DNA from: a virus
Taxonomy: Duplodnaviria; Caudoviricetes
IMG/VR virus record: IMGVR_UViG_2866816733_000004
Location: 32,001 to 96,000 of that record
Length of the DNA: 64,000 nt
Strand: one strand, 5' to 3'
Shown here: piece by piece, positions 17,104 to 27,059 of the stretch
Numbering within the stretch: position 1 is the first letter of the stretch
Layout of the letters: the number at the start of each line of letters is the position of its first letter
Translations under genes and position numbers: made by a program
Notes under the pieces: model-generated
What the model saw: the letters and a program-made list of their open reading frames with translations, nothing else
What the model was told of the DNA's origin: nothing
Database searches by the model: none

Positions 17104-17277
17104 ATGGCGTCCACGCCTGCCTACCCGGTGTACCGCAGCCCCGACGGCAAGTCGGAACAGATCGCGTCTACGCCAGCGCGGGAGGTGCAGCTCAAGCATG
17201 CCGGGTGGCGCAAGGTCACCCAGCCCAGGAGGAAGACCGATGCCCGCCAGCATAAGCCCGCGCCCGCGGGCGAGTAG
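17104..17277 (+). CDS. small hypothetical tail-operon protein
   Basis: ATG after AGGAG; 57 aa. Confidence 0.55.
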   Translation: MASTPAYPVYRSPDGKSEQIASTPAREVQLKHAGWRKVTQPRRKTDARQHKPAPAGE

Positions 17278-17296
17278 ATCACGGAAGGCCCGCCGC

Positions 17297-18021
17297 ATGC
17301 CCAGCAAGAAGTACCAGCTCGACAAGTACCGCAACGAGGCTGTGAAGCCCGACTTCGAAATCGTGGTCGACGCGGAGACCAGCATCCTCATCAGGATGCC
17401 GACGGTGGATGAGGTCATCGACCTCAACGACATCACCGACATCCGCGCGCAGCTGCAGATCCTGGCGAAGGACCAGTACGAACGGCTGATGGAGGTCATC
17501 AGCGACGACCCGGGCGCGATGCTGCAGCCGCTGATGAACGACATGCTGAAGCACTTCGGCCTGGGGAAATAACGAAGGTCGCTGACCTGATCGACAGGTA
17601 CGGCGACGCGATCCGCTACGACCTGCGCCATGAACTCGGCGTCGACATGCTCGACTTCTTCCGCGGCTCCCTGTCCGCTGAGGCGATCCTCGACTTCCTC
17701 CAGCACCTGCCGTCTACGTCGGCGTACAGCGCCGCGCTGGCTGAGGACGAGGACCTGGCGAAGGAACTGCTGGACGAGCCCGACAGGGCGCCGAGCCCGC
17801 CGCGGCTCACCGAGTTCGGCCCCGAGGTCCAGGCCCTCGCAGAGGTCCGTGACCTGCTGGCCTCCGTCCTCGCGGTGCTGGTGAAGGCGAACGGCGGGAA
17901 GCCGCAGAAGCCCAAGCCGTATCCCCGGCCGGTGACGGCGCTGCAGAAGTTGAAGCGGCGAATGCGGTACTCGCGGCACCTGGACGTGGTTCGTCGCGTC
18001 CTGCCGGGCCGTTCCTCCTGA
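17297..18021 (+). CDS. tail assembly chaperones (G 17297-17572; GT via -1 programmed frameshift)
   Basis: G ends CTG GGG AAA TAA; GGGGAAA at 17563-17569; the -1 frame is open (EITKVADLIDRYGDAIRYDL...) into ORF 17647-18021. Confidence 0.85.
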
Positions 18022-18087
18022 TCTTTGTGAGGCTTTCGGTCTCCTCCCTGAAGGGTGCCCTGGGTCGGGCAGGGAGGAGCGCCTGCC

Positions 18088-21000
18088 GTGGCTGTCGAAG
18101 TGGGCGGCGCGTTCATCTCCGTCCGCCCTGACCTCAAGGGCTTCCATACCAAGATCAAGACCGAGTTGCGGTCGATGGCGCCGTCGATGGTGTCGATCGG
18201 CCGTGAGTGGGGGACCGCGCTCCAGCGGGGGATCAAGGAGAAGCTCACCCCGATCGAGGTTCGCCTCGAAGCTGGCGCAACGGCCGCCCAACTGGCCACG
18301 TTGAATCGGGCCGTCGACAAGCTCGACGGCCGGGTCATCAACATTCAGGTCAACGCTGATGTGTCCGCTGCGGCGGCGCGCCTGGTGTCATTCGAGCAGA
18401 CTCTGTCGCGACTGGACGGCCGCAAGGTCAACGTCCAGATCAACGTCGACATGGCTGGCGCGGTCAGCGAACTGCTCGCGTTGGAGCAGGTTCTGGCCAG
18501 AATCGATGGCCGCCGCGTCAGCGTGCAGGTCGACGTTCAGATCGCGGGCGCTCTCGCCCAACTCGCCGCAGTGCGAGGCGCGGTCACGAACATCGACAAC
18601 CGCCGCACGATCAACATCGATGTCGATATCGGGTCGGCGATGGCCGGCCTTGGTGCGCTGCGCGCAGCGCTGATCGGCCTCGCTGTGGTGGCATCGCCGG
18701 CCCTGGTGGGGATCGGTGCCGGTGTTGTGGGTCTAGCTGGCCCGCTTGCTGCGGCGGGCGCGGGTTTCGCGGGGTTCGGGGCGGTGGCGCTGCCGGCGAT
18801 CAGCCACGTTTCCAAGGCACTGCAGCAGGAGAAGCAGGCCAGTCAGCAGTCTGCCGCCGCGTCGGGTCAGGCGGCGCAGCAGGCGTTCGCGGCTGCGTCG
18901 GCGCGGCAGCAGTTGGCGTCAGCGGTCCGCAACGCCGCGTACGCCCATCAGCAGGCCGTGGATCAGGTGCGGCAGGCCGAGCAGCAGTATCAGCAGGCGC
19001 TTCAGGGTGAGGCGGAAGCGCAGCGGGCGGTGACGCAGGCGCGGCTCGCGGCGCGCCGCGCGATCGAGGATCTACACAACCAGGTCGCCAGCGCCCGGCT
19101 GGGGTTGGAGGAGGCGCGGCTCGGGGTCGAGCAGTCCCGGGCGGCGTGGGACCAGATGGCCGCGGCGGCGAAGGCCGCCGCCGACAAGGTCGCGTCCGCT
19201 CAGTCGGCGCTGGCAGCCGCGCAAGCCGCGCAGGCGACGGTGCTGGGGAACCCCGCTGCGACGGACGCGGCGAAGAAGCAGGCCCAAACCGGCGTCGACG
19301 CCGCCCAGCAAGCGCTGAAGAACGCCCAGGCCCAGAAGAAGGCCGCCGATTTGGCGGCGCGGCAGGCCGAGCTGAACTACCGGCAGTCGATCCAGCGGGT
19401 GAAGGAGCAACAGCTTCAGCTGCGGCGGCTGGAGCAAGACGAGAGGTCCGCGTCCAAGGCCGGGGTTGAGGGGTCGGACCAGGTCAGGCAGGCACGGCAG
19501 CGTCTCGCGCAAGCCAACCAGCAGATCGCCAGCAGCGAACTTGCGTTGCGGCGGGCGCGGGAGAACGTCACCCGCACTGATCAGCAGTCTGCGGATCAAA
19601 TCGCGTCGGCGCGGCGGGCGCTGGCGCAGGCGACGTCGCAGGCGGCGGCGTCGACGGGCGCGCTCGGGCAGCAGCTGGTGAAGCTGACGCCGCTGGAGCG
19701 CCAGCTCGCGAACGCATGGAAAGACCTGACCGCGGTGTTCGGGGCATGGTCGAAGAGCCTGCAGCCGGCTGTCATCCCGGCACTGATCAAGGGCATCGGG
19801 TTCCTCAAGGCACTGCTGCCCACCTTCACGCCGATCGTGAAGGGCGCCGCGGCGGGGATCGGGACGCTGTTCGACCGAGCGACGCAGGCGGCGAAGTCGC
19901 CATTCTGGGCACAGTTCTCGCAGTTCCTGGGGCAGTCCGCCGGTCCGGCGATCTTGGGGCTCGGGTCGCTGCTGGGGAACCTCCTCAAGAGCCTCGCCGG
20001 GCTGGCTCAGTCGTTCGCGCCGATCGGGTTCGCGTTCCTGCAAGTCCTCAACGCGATCGCGGCACGGTTCGCGGCGTTCACCACGGGGCTGGCGAACAAC
20101 CCGGCCTTCCAAGCCTTCACCAAGCAGTTCATTGCGCTGGCGCCGCTGATGGCGCAGACGTTCATCAGCCTCGGCAGTCTTCTCGGTTCGCTGTTCGCAG
20201 CGCTCGCCCCGGCGCTACAGCCGATCCTCGGACTGATCAACACGCTGGCGTCGTCGCTGGCGGGTGTCCTGCGACAGGCCGGGCCAGCGATCGCTTCGGT
20301 GTTCTCCGCGCTCGGCTCCGGACTGTCCGCAGTGATCGTTGCGCTCGCGCCGGTGGTGACGCAGCTGGTGCAGGCGCTCGCACCGCTCCTCGTCCAACTG
20401 ATCAACGGGCTGAAGCCCATCCTGATCTCGCTCGTTCCCGTGCTCGGGCAGATCATTTCCGGTCTCGCCCCGGTCATCTCGGCTCTGCTGTCGGGGCTGC
20501 AGCCCGCGATCCAGTCGCTTGTGCCTGTGGTGTCGCTGCTGGTCGGCGCGATCGCGAAGATCCTGTTCGCGTTGGCGCCGGTGCTGCCTCTGGTCGGCCA
20601 GTTCATCGCACAGCTCGTCGCGGGCCTAATGCCGGTCCTGACGCCGATCGTGAACGCGATCGCGTTGATGGCGCAGCAGATCGCCGGAACGCTCATTCAG
20701 GCGCTTCAACAGTCCGCGCCAGCCCTCCAGCAGATGCTGCTGGCGGTTGCGAGTCTGCTTCCCGAACTGCTGCCGCTGGTGCCGTTGTGGGCCGAGTGGT
20801 TCAAGGCGATCGCTCCGCTGCTGCCGGTCATCATCCAGCTGGCCGCGGTGATCGTGCAGGCACTCGTGCCCGTCCTTCGCATCGCCATCAAGATCGTCGT
20901 CTGGTACTGGACGACGATCGCGCACCTGCTGCTACCGGTGTTCCGGCTGCTCGTCACCGTGATCACGTGGGTCGCGGGGATCCTCACGCCGATCATCCAG

Positions 21001-22977
21001 GCGATCGGGTGGCTGATCCGCGGCATCGGTACCGCCGCGATGTTCGTGTGGAACATCATCAAGATCGCGTTCGCGGGGATCGTGTTCGCCGCGAAGATCC
21101 TCGCCGCCGTGATCTTCGTGGTGGTCGTCGCGCCGCTATTGATCGCTTTCAAGCTCCTGCAGATCGCCTTGATGGCGCTCTGGCAGCACGTGTTCGTGCC
21201 CGCCTGGCACGGCATCTCCTGGGCCGCGCAGCAGGCATGGAAGCTCCTGCAGCCGCTATTCGGGCTGATCCGGGCAGGAATGCGGCTCCTTGGCTCTGTC
21301 ATGTCCTGGCTCTGGCGCAACATCGCCGTCCCCACCTGGAACGGCATCCGCGCCGCGATCAGCGTCGCATGGGGGGCCATCCGCGGAATCTTCAACGCCG
21401 TCGTGGGGTTCCTCCGCGTCACCCTCGGCCCGATCTTCACCTGGCTGCGCGACAAGGTCATCCGCCCGGTCTGGAACGCGGTCGGCTCTGTCATCAGGGC
21501 CGCGTGGACCGGAGCGATCCGCCCCACCTTCGACGCGGTCAAAAACGCGGTCGGGAAGGTCCGCGACGCGTTCAAGACCGCGGTCGACGGAATCGGCCGC
21601 ATCTGGGACGGCCTGAAGAAGATCACCAAGGGACCCGTCCAGTTCGTTGTCAACACGGTCTACAACAAGGGCATCCGGGCGGCGTGGAACACCATCGCCG
21701 GCCTGGTGAAGCTCCCTGGCCTCCCGGAACTGAAGTTCGCGGCCGGCGGTGTCGTCCCGGGCGGCGCCTACGGAGTACTGCCCGGCTACGCGCCAGGCCG
21801 GGACACGATGCTCGCGGCGGTGTCGCCGGGCGAGGCATGGATCCGGCCCGACGCCACGCGTGCCCTCGGGTCGAACTTCATCTACGGCCTGAACGCCGCG
21901 GCGGCGTCCGGAGGGACTACCGCCGCAGCGCGGTTCCTGTCGCAGGCGGGCGGCCCGCAGTTCGCGTTCGGCGGCATCGTCGGGAAGATCAAGGACGCTG
22001 TCGGCGGCGCGAAGAACCTGGTCGTGAAGGGCGCCTCGGACCTGCTGTCCAAGGGCGCGTCTTTCGCCGCCCGCAAGATCCTCGACCCGATCCTCGGGCA
22101 GCTCAACGAGGTCGCTGGCGACTCCAACTGGGTCAAGGCGATGACCCGGCTGCCGCGGCGGATGATCGACGGGTTCATCGGCTGGCTCAAGAAGGCCATC
22201 GACCCCAAGCTCGGCGGCGACGCCACCGGGGTCGTCGCGGCGGCGAAGAAGTACCTGGGTGTCGGTGACGACCGTGGCCGTGACAACGACAACCCGTTCA
22301 CCCGCCACTACGGGTGGCCGGCCGGTACGCCGTGGTGCGCGCTCTTCGCCTCGAAGGCGATCGAGGACGCGCACGCCACCAAGAAGTACTCGGGCGCACC
22401 CACCGCCGCGGTCGCCACGTTCAACGCGCAGATGCAACACGTTCCTGTCTCCGCAGGCCGCCCAGGTGACTTGGCGACCTACCGCGGGAACGGGCACGTC
22501 AACATCATCGAGAAGAAGGCCGCTGGCGGCTACATGACCATCGGCGGCAACCAAGGGCCCAAGGTCAACCGGTACGTGCGTGGCGGGCAGACCGCTGTGC
22601 TGCGTCCGAAGTTCGCGACCGGCGGGATCGTGCCGAGCATGGCGCGGCAGGTGTTCGGCAAGGAGTGGCTGCACGCCGACGACCCGGCCGACCGGCGAGA
22701 CCCGCTCGCCGCGATGTACAACCAGCTCGTCCGTCCGACCCTGTTCGACACCGGCGGTTGGCTCCCGCCCGGAGTCAGCACCGTCGCGAACTTCACCGGA
22801 CGTCCCGAGGCCGTACTCACCGACGGGCAACTCCGCCGCATCACCGCGGCGGAGGGCCGCGGCGACAGGCACGTGTCGGTCATGGACCACGCAACCGTGG
22901 TCGTGCAGGACCCGGTCGACATCGACATGCTCGCGCAGCGGCAAGAGTTCGCCGCCCGCAGCGCCTCCTTCGGATGA
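18088..22977 (+). CDS. tape measure protein with C-terminal CHAP-like peptidoglycan hydrolase
   Basis: About 1630 aa, Ala/Gln coiled coil and W-periodic repeats; PWCALFAS..GHVNII..TIGGNQ; FDTGGWL...GRPEAVLT. Confidence 0.93.
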   Translation: MAVEVGGAFISVRPDLKGFHTKIKTELRSMAPSMVSIGREWGTALQRGIKEKLTPIEVRLEAGATAAQLATLNRAVDKLDGRVINIQVNADVSAAAARLVSFEQTLSRLDGRKVNVQINVDMAGAVSELLALEQVLARIDGRRVSVQVDVQIAGALAQLAAVRGAVTNIDNRRTINIDVDIGSAMAGLGALRAALIGLAVVASPALVGIGAGVVGLAGPLAAAGAGFAGFGAVALPAISHVSKALQQEKQASQQSAAASGQAAQQAFAAASARQQLASAVRNAAYAHQQAVDQVRQAEQQYQQALQGEAEAQRAVTQARLAARRAIEDLHNQVASARLGLEEARLGVEQSRAAWDQMAAAAKAAADKVASAQSALAAAQAAQATVLGNPAATDAAKKQAQTGVDAAQQALKNAQAQKKAADLAARQAELNYRQSIQRVKEQQLQLRRLEQDERSASKAGVEGSDQVRQARQRLAQANQQIASSELALRRARENVTRTDQQSADQIASARRALAQATSQAAASTGALGQQLVKLTPLERQLANAWKDLTAVFGAWSKSLQPAVIPALIKGIGFLKALLPTFTPIVKGAAAGIGTLFDRATQAAKSPFWAQFSQFLGQSAGPAILGLGSLLGNLLKSLAGLAQSFAPIGFAFLQVLNAIAARFAAFTTGLANNPAFQAFTKQFIALAPLMAQTFISLGSLLGSLFAALAPALQPILGLINTLASSLAGVLRQAGPAIASVFSALGSGLSAVIVALAPVVTQLVQALAPLLVQLINGLKPILISLVPVLGQIISGLAPVISALLSGLQPAIQSLVPVVSLLVGAIAKILFALAPVLPLVGQFIAQLVAGLMPVLTPIVNAIALMAQQIAGTLIQALQQSAPALQQMLLAVASLLPELLPLVPLWAEWFKAIAPLLPVIIQLAAVIVQALVPVLRIAIKIVVWYWTTIAHLLLPVFRLLVTVITWVAGILTPIIQAIGWLIRGIGTAAMFVWNIIKIAFAGIVFAAKILAAVIFVVVVAPLLIAFKLLQIALMALWQHVFVPAWHGISWAAQQAWKLLQPLFGLIRAGMRLLGSVMSWLWRNIAVPTWNGIRAAISVAWGAIRGIFNAVVGFLRVTLGPIFTWLRDKVIRPVWNAVGSVIRAAWTGAIRPTFDAVKNAVGKVRDAFKTAVDGIGRIWDGLKKITKGPVQFVVNTVYNKGIRAAWNTIAGLVKLPGLPELKFAAGGVVPGGAYGVLPGYAPGRDTMLAAVSPGEAWIRPDATRALGSNFIYGLNAAAASGGTTAAARFLSQAGGPQFAFGGIVGKIKDAVGGAKNLVVKGASDLLSKGASFAARKILDPILGQLNEVAGDSNWVKAMTRLPRRMIDGFIGWLKKAIDPKLGGDATGVVAAAKKYLGVGDDRGRDNDNPFTRHYGWPAGTPWCALFASKAIEDAHATKKYSGAPTAAVATFNAQMQHVPVSAGRPGDLATYRGNGHVNIIEKKAAGGYMTIGGNQGPKVNRYVRGGQTAVLRPKFATGGIVPSMARQVFGKEWLHADDPADRRDPLAAMYNQLVRPTLFDTGGWLPPGVSTVANFTGRPEAVLTDGQLRRITAAEGRGDRHVSVMDHATVVVQDPVDIDMLAQRQEFAARSASFG

Positions 22978-22990
22978 GGGGAGCGGCGCT

Positions 22991-23854
22991 GTGAAGACCG
23001 CGGTGCGGCTTGTCGACGGCGCGCGGCAGCTGAACCTGCACCCCTCTCTCGATTACATCCCGCAAAAGCTCAGTGTGACCTCACCGCCGGTGCGTGAAGC
23101 CACCGAGCCCCGGACCGACGACGACGGGGAGCGCGACTCCACGACCCTGTTCGGCGGCCGCGCGGTGTCGCTTGAAGTCGTGGTCGTCGACGAGCAGGTC
23201 GACTGCGAGGTTCTCCTCGACCAGCTCAAACAGTTCCTGCATCCCCGCAGCAGGCCGTACCTGTATGTCACCGATGACGGCTGGTCGCAGGAGCGGCGGA
23301 TCCGGCTGCGCGTCGACCAGTGGGACGAACCCTACGAGGGATACAAGGCGTCACAGTCACGGCCGGTGCAACTGCAGTGGAAGGCGCCCGACGGGATCTG
23401 GGAGGCCGTCGCCACGGTCGAGGAGACCGTGAACGCCGACCTCGCCGGCGACCCGGTCGGGTTCACCTTCCCGGTGACCTTCCCGGTGACGGCGACGGCG
23501 ACGATGTCGGCTGGCGCGTCCACGGTCGTCAACCTCGGTGGCGTCCCGTCGCACTTCAGCGCCCTGCTGTACGGCCCCTGCACAGGTCCGCGGCTGATCA
23601 ACGAGACGACCGGTGAGCAGATCGCCTTCACCGAGTCGCTAGTGCTTGGCCCGGGGGAGTACGTGGAGATCGCCACGCGGGAGCGGACCGCGTGGCTGAA
23701 CTCCGAAACCAGCCAGTCACGGCTGAACTTCATCGATTTCGACTCCACGTCCTGGTGGCGGATCGAGCCGGGCGACCAGCAGATCCGTTACGCGCCGCTC
23801 GACACGGCGGGTGCAGCCGCTGCCGTCATTACCTACCGGCCCGCGTGGCTATGA
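22991..23854 (+). CDS. distal tail protein (Dit)
   Basis: Follows tape measure; KAPDGIW, GFTFPVTFP, VNLGGVP...GP..P.L.N. Confidence 0.8.
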   Translation: MKTAVRLVDGARQLNLHPSLDYIPQKLSVTSPPVREATEPRTDDDGERDSTTLFGGRAVSLEVVVVDEQVDCEVLLDQLKQFLHPRSRPYLYVTDDGWSQERRIRLRVDQWDEPYEGYKASQSRPVQLQWKAPDGIWEAVATVEETVNADLAGDPVGFTFPVTFPVTATATMSAGASTVVNLGGVPSHFSALLYGPCTGPRLINETTGEQIAFTESLVLGPGEYVEIATRERTAWLNSETSQSRLNFIDFDSTSWWRIEPGDQQIRYAPLDTAGAAAAVITYRPAWL

Positions 23855-23864
23855 GGAGGACGCC

Positions 23865-24944
23865 GTGACGCTGAAGCGGCCCCTGTACATGCAGGCGGGC
23901 GGCGGCGATACACCCTTCTCCTACGACGCGGTCGACTTCCGTGCGATCCTCGCTTCGGTCTTCAACGTCGGGGGCGTCTGCAACACCAGCCCCGCCGACC
24001 TGAAGGTGACCCAGCGCAGCGCTGGCGCCAACTTCTCCGTGGACGTGGCGGCCGGGTATGCGGTCATCGCCGGAACCGACGTAGCCGGGCAGGGGTTCTA
24101 CCTGGTCCAGAGCACCGCCACGGTGAACCTGGTGGTGCCGCCGCCGCCGGTGTCCGGGACGCGGGTTCACCGGGTGGTGGCGCAGGTCCGCGACAAGCTC
24201 CACAACGGGGCGTTGGCGGCGAACACCTACGACTTTGTGCTGAGCGTGCTGGAGGACACCGGGTCGGGGACGCCAGCGACGCCCGCGTCGGCGCTGAGCC
24301 TGGCGACGGTGAGCGTCGCGTCCACAGCACTCAATGTGAGCGACAGCAACATCACCGACACGCGGGTGAATGCGGTCTCCACGATAGGCATCGGCCGGTG
24401 GGTCGGGTCTGATGCGCTTCGCCCTCCCGCTCCGGTGGACGGCGAGCTGATCTGGCGGACGGACAAGAGCTACTACGAGGTCGCGGTTTCCGGGTCGTGG
24501 CGGCCTATCGGCCTCGCCGCACCCGCCGCGCGCCTCGGCCGCGTCACCACCAACCAGTCGATCACCAACAACACGACGACGCCACTCCAATGGAATTCGG
24601 AGTTCGAGGACACCCACGGCGGCCACGACAACTCCACCAACAACAGCCGTTACACCGCGCCGATCGACGGGCTGTACCAGGTGACGGCGACCGTCGCGTG
24701 GGACTCCAACTCCAGCGGAATCCGGGAGATCTCGCTGCGCGTCAACGGATCCACGATCTTGGACGGTAACCGGATCGGTGCCGGTTTCAACATCACCTTG
24801 ACGCAGACCGTGAGCCACCTCGTGCGGCTCACCGCAGGCCAGTACGTCGAGGCGATCGTGTGGCAGAACACCGGCGGGTCGCTGGCCATCGACAGGACGT
24901 TCCACGCCGGCCCGCTGATGGACGTCGTCTGGATGCGCCCGTGA
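23865..24944 (+). CDS. minor tail protein with C-terminal C1q-like domain
   Basis: LKVTQR..GANFSVDVAAG; SRYTAPIDGLYQV..., VRLTAGQYVE. Confidence 0.72.
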   Translation: MTLKRPLYMQAGGGDTPFSYDAVDFRAILASVFNVGGVCNTSPADLKVTQRSAGANFSVDVAAGYAVIAGTDVAGQGFYLVQSTATVNLVVPPPPVSGTRVHRVVAQVRDKLHNGALAANTYDFVLSVLEDTGSGTPATPASALSLATVSVASTALNVSDSNITDTRVNAVSTIGIGRWVGSDALRPPAPVDGELIWRTDKSYYEVAVSGSWRPIGLAAPAARLGRVTTNQSITNNTTTPLQWNSEFEDTHGGHDNSTNNSRYTAPIDGLYQVTATVAWDSNSSGIREISLRVNGSTILDGNRIGAGFNITLTQTVSHLVRLTAGQYVEAIVWQNTGGSLAIDRTFHAGPLMDVVWMRP

Positions 24945-24963
24945 CCATGCGAAGGGGAGCCTG

Positions 24964-25311
24964 ATGTTCACCCCGGCCACCCGCGATGCCGTCATGGACG
25001 GCACGTCGATCGCCGCGCTGTGCACGCACGCGAGCCTGCACACGGCAGACCCGGGCGGGACCGGCGCGAGCGAGGTGGCGGGCGGCTCGTACGCGCGCGT
25101 CGCGGTCACGTGGGCGGCGTCGTCCGGCGGCACGAAGACCCTCACGGCCGCCGTGACGCTGCAGATCCCGGCAGGGACGACGTTCACCCACTTCGGCCTG
25201 TGGTCAGCCGTCAGCGGTGGGACGTTCCGAGGCGGCGAACTGCTCAGCGCGTTGCAGTCGTATCCGACCGGCGGCACCTTCGACCTGTCGATTTCAATCC
25301 CGTCGACGTAG
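24964..25311 (+). CDS. minor tail/fibre-associated protein
   Basis: SLHTADPG.TGASEV.GGSYARVAVTW...THFGLWSA.SGG. Confidence 0.72.
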   Translation: MFTPATRDAVMDGTSIAALCTHASLHTADPGGTGASEVAGGSYARVAVTWAASSGGTKTLTAAVTLQIPAGTTFTHFGLWSAVSGGTFRGGELLSALQSYPTGGTFDLSISIPST

Positions 25312-25426
25312 GAGCGCTCACAGTGACATTCACCGCCCAGGCGACGATGGCCGCCGCCGAGGCGTTCTGCGCAAGGGACATCAACGCCTCGCGGGACGAC
25401 CTCGCCGAAGTAGGGATCAGCGCCTG

Positions 25427-25897
25427 ATGGCCAAGGCTGGATATGCCGTCGTCACCGGGGGCGCGGTTGCCCTGTCGGCGGCGACCGCCAAGAGCGTCCT
25501 GGGCGTGAAGGCGCCGTCCGGGAACGGCATCGACCTCAAGAAGTTTCGGGTCGCCTTCGACGGCGTGACCGCGACGAACGTCCCGGTGCTGGTCGAGCTG
25601 TGCGCGGCGACGTTCGCGACGAACTCGCCCGGCACCAACAGCACCAGCGTGACGCCTGTGCAGGTGTACGGCCGGGCCGTCACGGTTGGTGCGACGGCGG
25701 CCAGGACCTGGACCACGGAGCCAACGGTACTCACGGTGATCGGCGAGTTCCTGCTGTCGCCTGCCGGGGGCGTGGTCTTCTACGACTTCCCGCTCGGCGA
25801 CACTCCGGACTCGGCGGTGTCCGAGGGGTTCGTGATCCGCTGCAACGCGCCCGCTGTTGTGAACGTCAGGGCCAGCCTCGAATTCGAGCGCTGCTAG
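25427..25897 (+). CDS. virion-associated hypothetical protein
   Basis: Beta-rich Thr/Val/Ala ORF in the tail operon. Confidence 0.6.
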   Translation: MAKAGYAVVTGGAVALSAATAKSVLGVKAPSGNGIDLKKFRVAFDGVTATNVPVLVELCAATFATNSPGTNSTSVTPVQVYGRAVTVGATAARTWTTEPTVLTVIGEFLLSPAGGVVFYDFPLGDTPDSAVSEGFVIRCNAPAVVNVRASLEFERC

Positions 25898-26331
25898 GGC
25901 CGCCACTCGTCCCGGTAGTCGCGATGGTCGGCGTACGGCAGAGTGAGCAGGCGCATGGTGGTGCACGGCCACTCTCCGATGATCTCTTCTCTAACATGGC
26001 ACGTCGCGCAGTAGCGCCAGCGGAGCGGTTCTGACCCTCCCAGCACGGCACCGCCCTCCATCGGGTGCTCCGCGAAGATCCGCCGCTTGGCCTCGACGTC
26101 GGCCAGCACGTGGTCAGGGTCGTGGCGGGCGGCATGGTCGAGCACGTCCGCCTCGTTCTTGTCAGCGGTGGCGATGACGTGGCCGCTCTGCGGATCGTCG
26201 TAGCTGGCGTACAGATCGCCAAGGATGCCGTCTGTGCGCCAGGCCCCCGAGTGGGCTGCGGCCAGCGCGCGCTGGGCCAGGGCGGCATCCTCGTCCAGCC
26301 GCTCGTTCAGGAATCTCACCAGGTCGTCCAC
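25894..26331 (-). CDS. DUF6221-like protein
   Basis: MDDLVRFLNERLDED, RHDP..VLADVEAKRRI, MRLL.LPYADH.DYRDEWRP. Confidence 0.8.
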   Translation of the reverse strand: MDDLVRFLNERLDEDAALAQRALAAAHSGAWRTDGILGDLYASYDDPQSGHVIATADKNEADVLDHAARHDPDHVLADVEAKRRIFAEHPMEGGAVLGGSEPLRWRYCATCHVREEIIGEWPCTTMRLLTLPYADHRDYRDEWRP

Positions 26332-26360
26332 GTCTCCAGCATCGCACCGACGGGAGGACC

Positions 26361-27056
26361 GTGGAGCTGAATAACGGCGCCGAAGGCGGGACGAACACCA
26401 CCACGGTCTCTGCCGCCAACAGCGGCGGCGCCAGCGGCAACCCGTTCGACTCCGTGGTCGGCACCCCGACGATCACGTTCGACAACACGCACGCGCTCGG
26501 GAACTTGAGCTACAAGGTCGTCGCCGGGGCCAGCGCGCAGCAGATGGTGTGGTCGTCGGCCAGCCACGGCACGCAGTCCGAGACGTGGGGCCGCCTCTAC
26601 CTGTACTCGTCCGGCGCGCCGTCCGCAGTGACCGGTATCGTCCGCTGGCTCGTCGGCGTCGGCCAGACCGCACGGCTCCGCTACGAGTCCACCGGCGTCC
26701 TCACCCTGTCCGACGTGGGCAACAACCCAGAGTTCGCCACCGCCAACCCGATCCCGACTGGGCAGTGGGTGCGCCTCGAGTGGCACATCCTGTTCCAGGC
26801 CGGGACCGGAGTGTGCGACTTGCGGACCTACAACAACGCCGACAGCACGACGCCTACCGAGTCGCTGTCGTCGGCGACCCTGAACGCGGCGGCGGGCTGC
26901 GACACCGTGCAGTGGGGATCGTTCAACGCGGTCACGTGGACGGGCTGGCTCGATGGTCTGCAGGTGAACAACACCGGCTTCCCCGGGCCCATCACCGCCC
27001 GCCCCGCCGTCACCGTCGCCAACCGCGCCGCCGTCGTGCGCGCGGCGGGGTGGTGA
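26361..27056 (+). CDS. minor tail protein (beta-sandwich, lectin-like)
   Basis: NNGAEGGTN.TTVS..NSGG; GQWVRLEWH. Confidence 0.6.
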   Translation: MELNNGAEGGTNTTTVSAANSGGASGNPFDSVVGTPTITFDNTHALGNLSYKVVAGASAQQMVWSSASHGTQSETWGRLYLYSSGAPSAVTGIVRWLVGVGQTARLRYESTGVLTLSDVGNNPEFATANPIPTGQWVRLEWHILFQAGTGVCDLRTYNNADSTTPTESLSSATLNAAAGCDTVQWGSFNAVTWTGWLDGLQVNNTGFPGPITARPAVTVANRAAVVRAAGW

Positions 27057-27059
27057 CCA

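Noticed and set aside
19900-21700. Hydrophobic repeats as a separate membrane transporter or DNA repeat
   Set aside because: Ordinary tape-measure periodic repeats.
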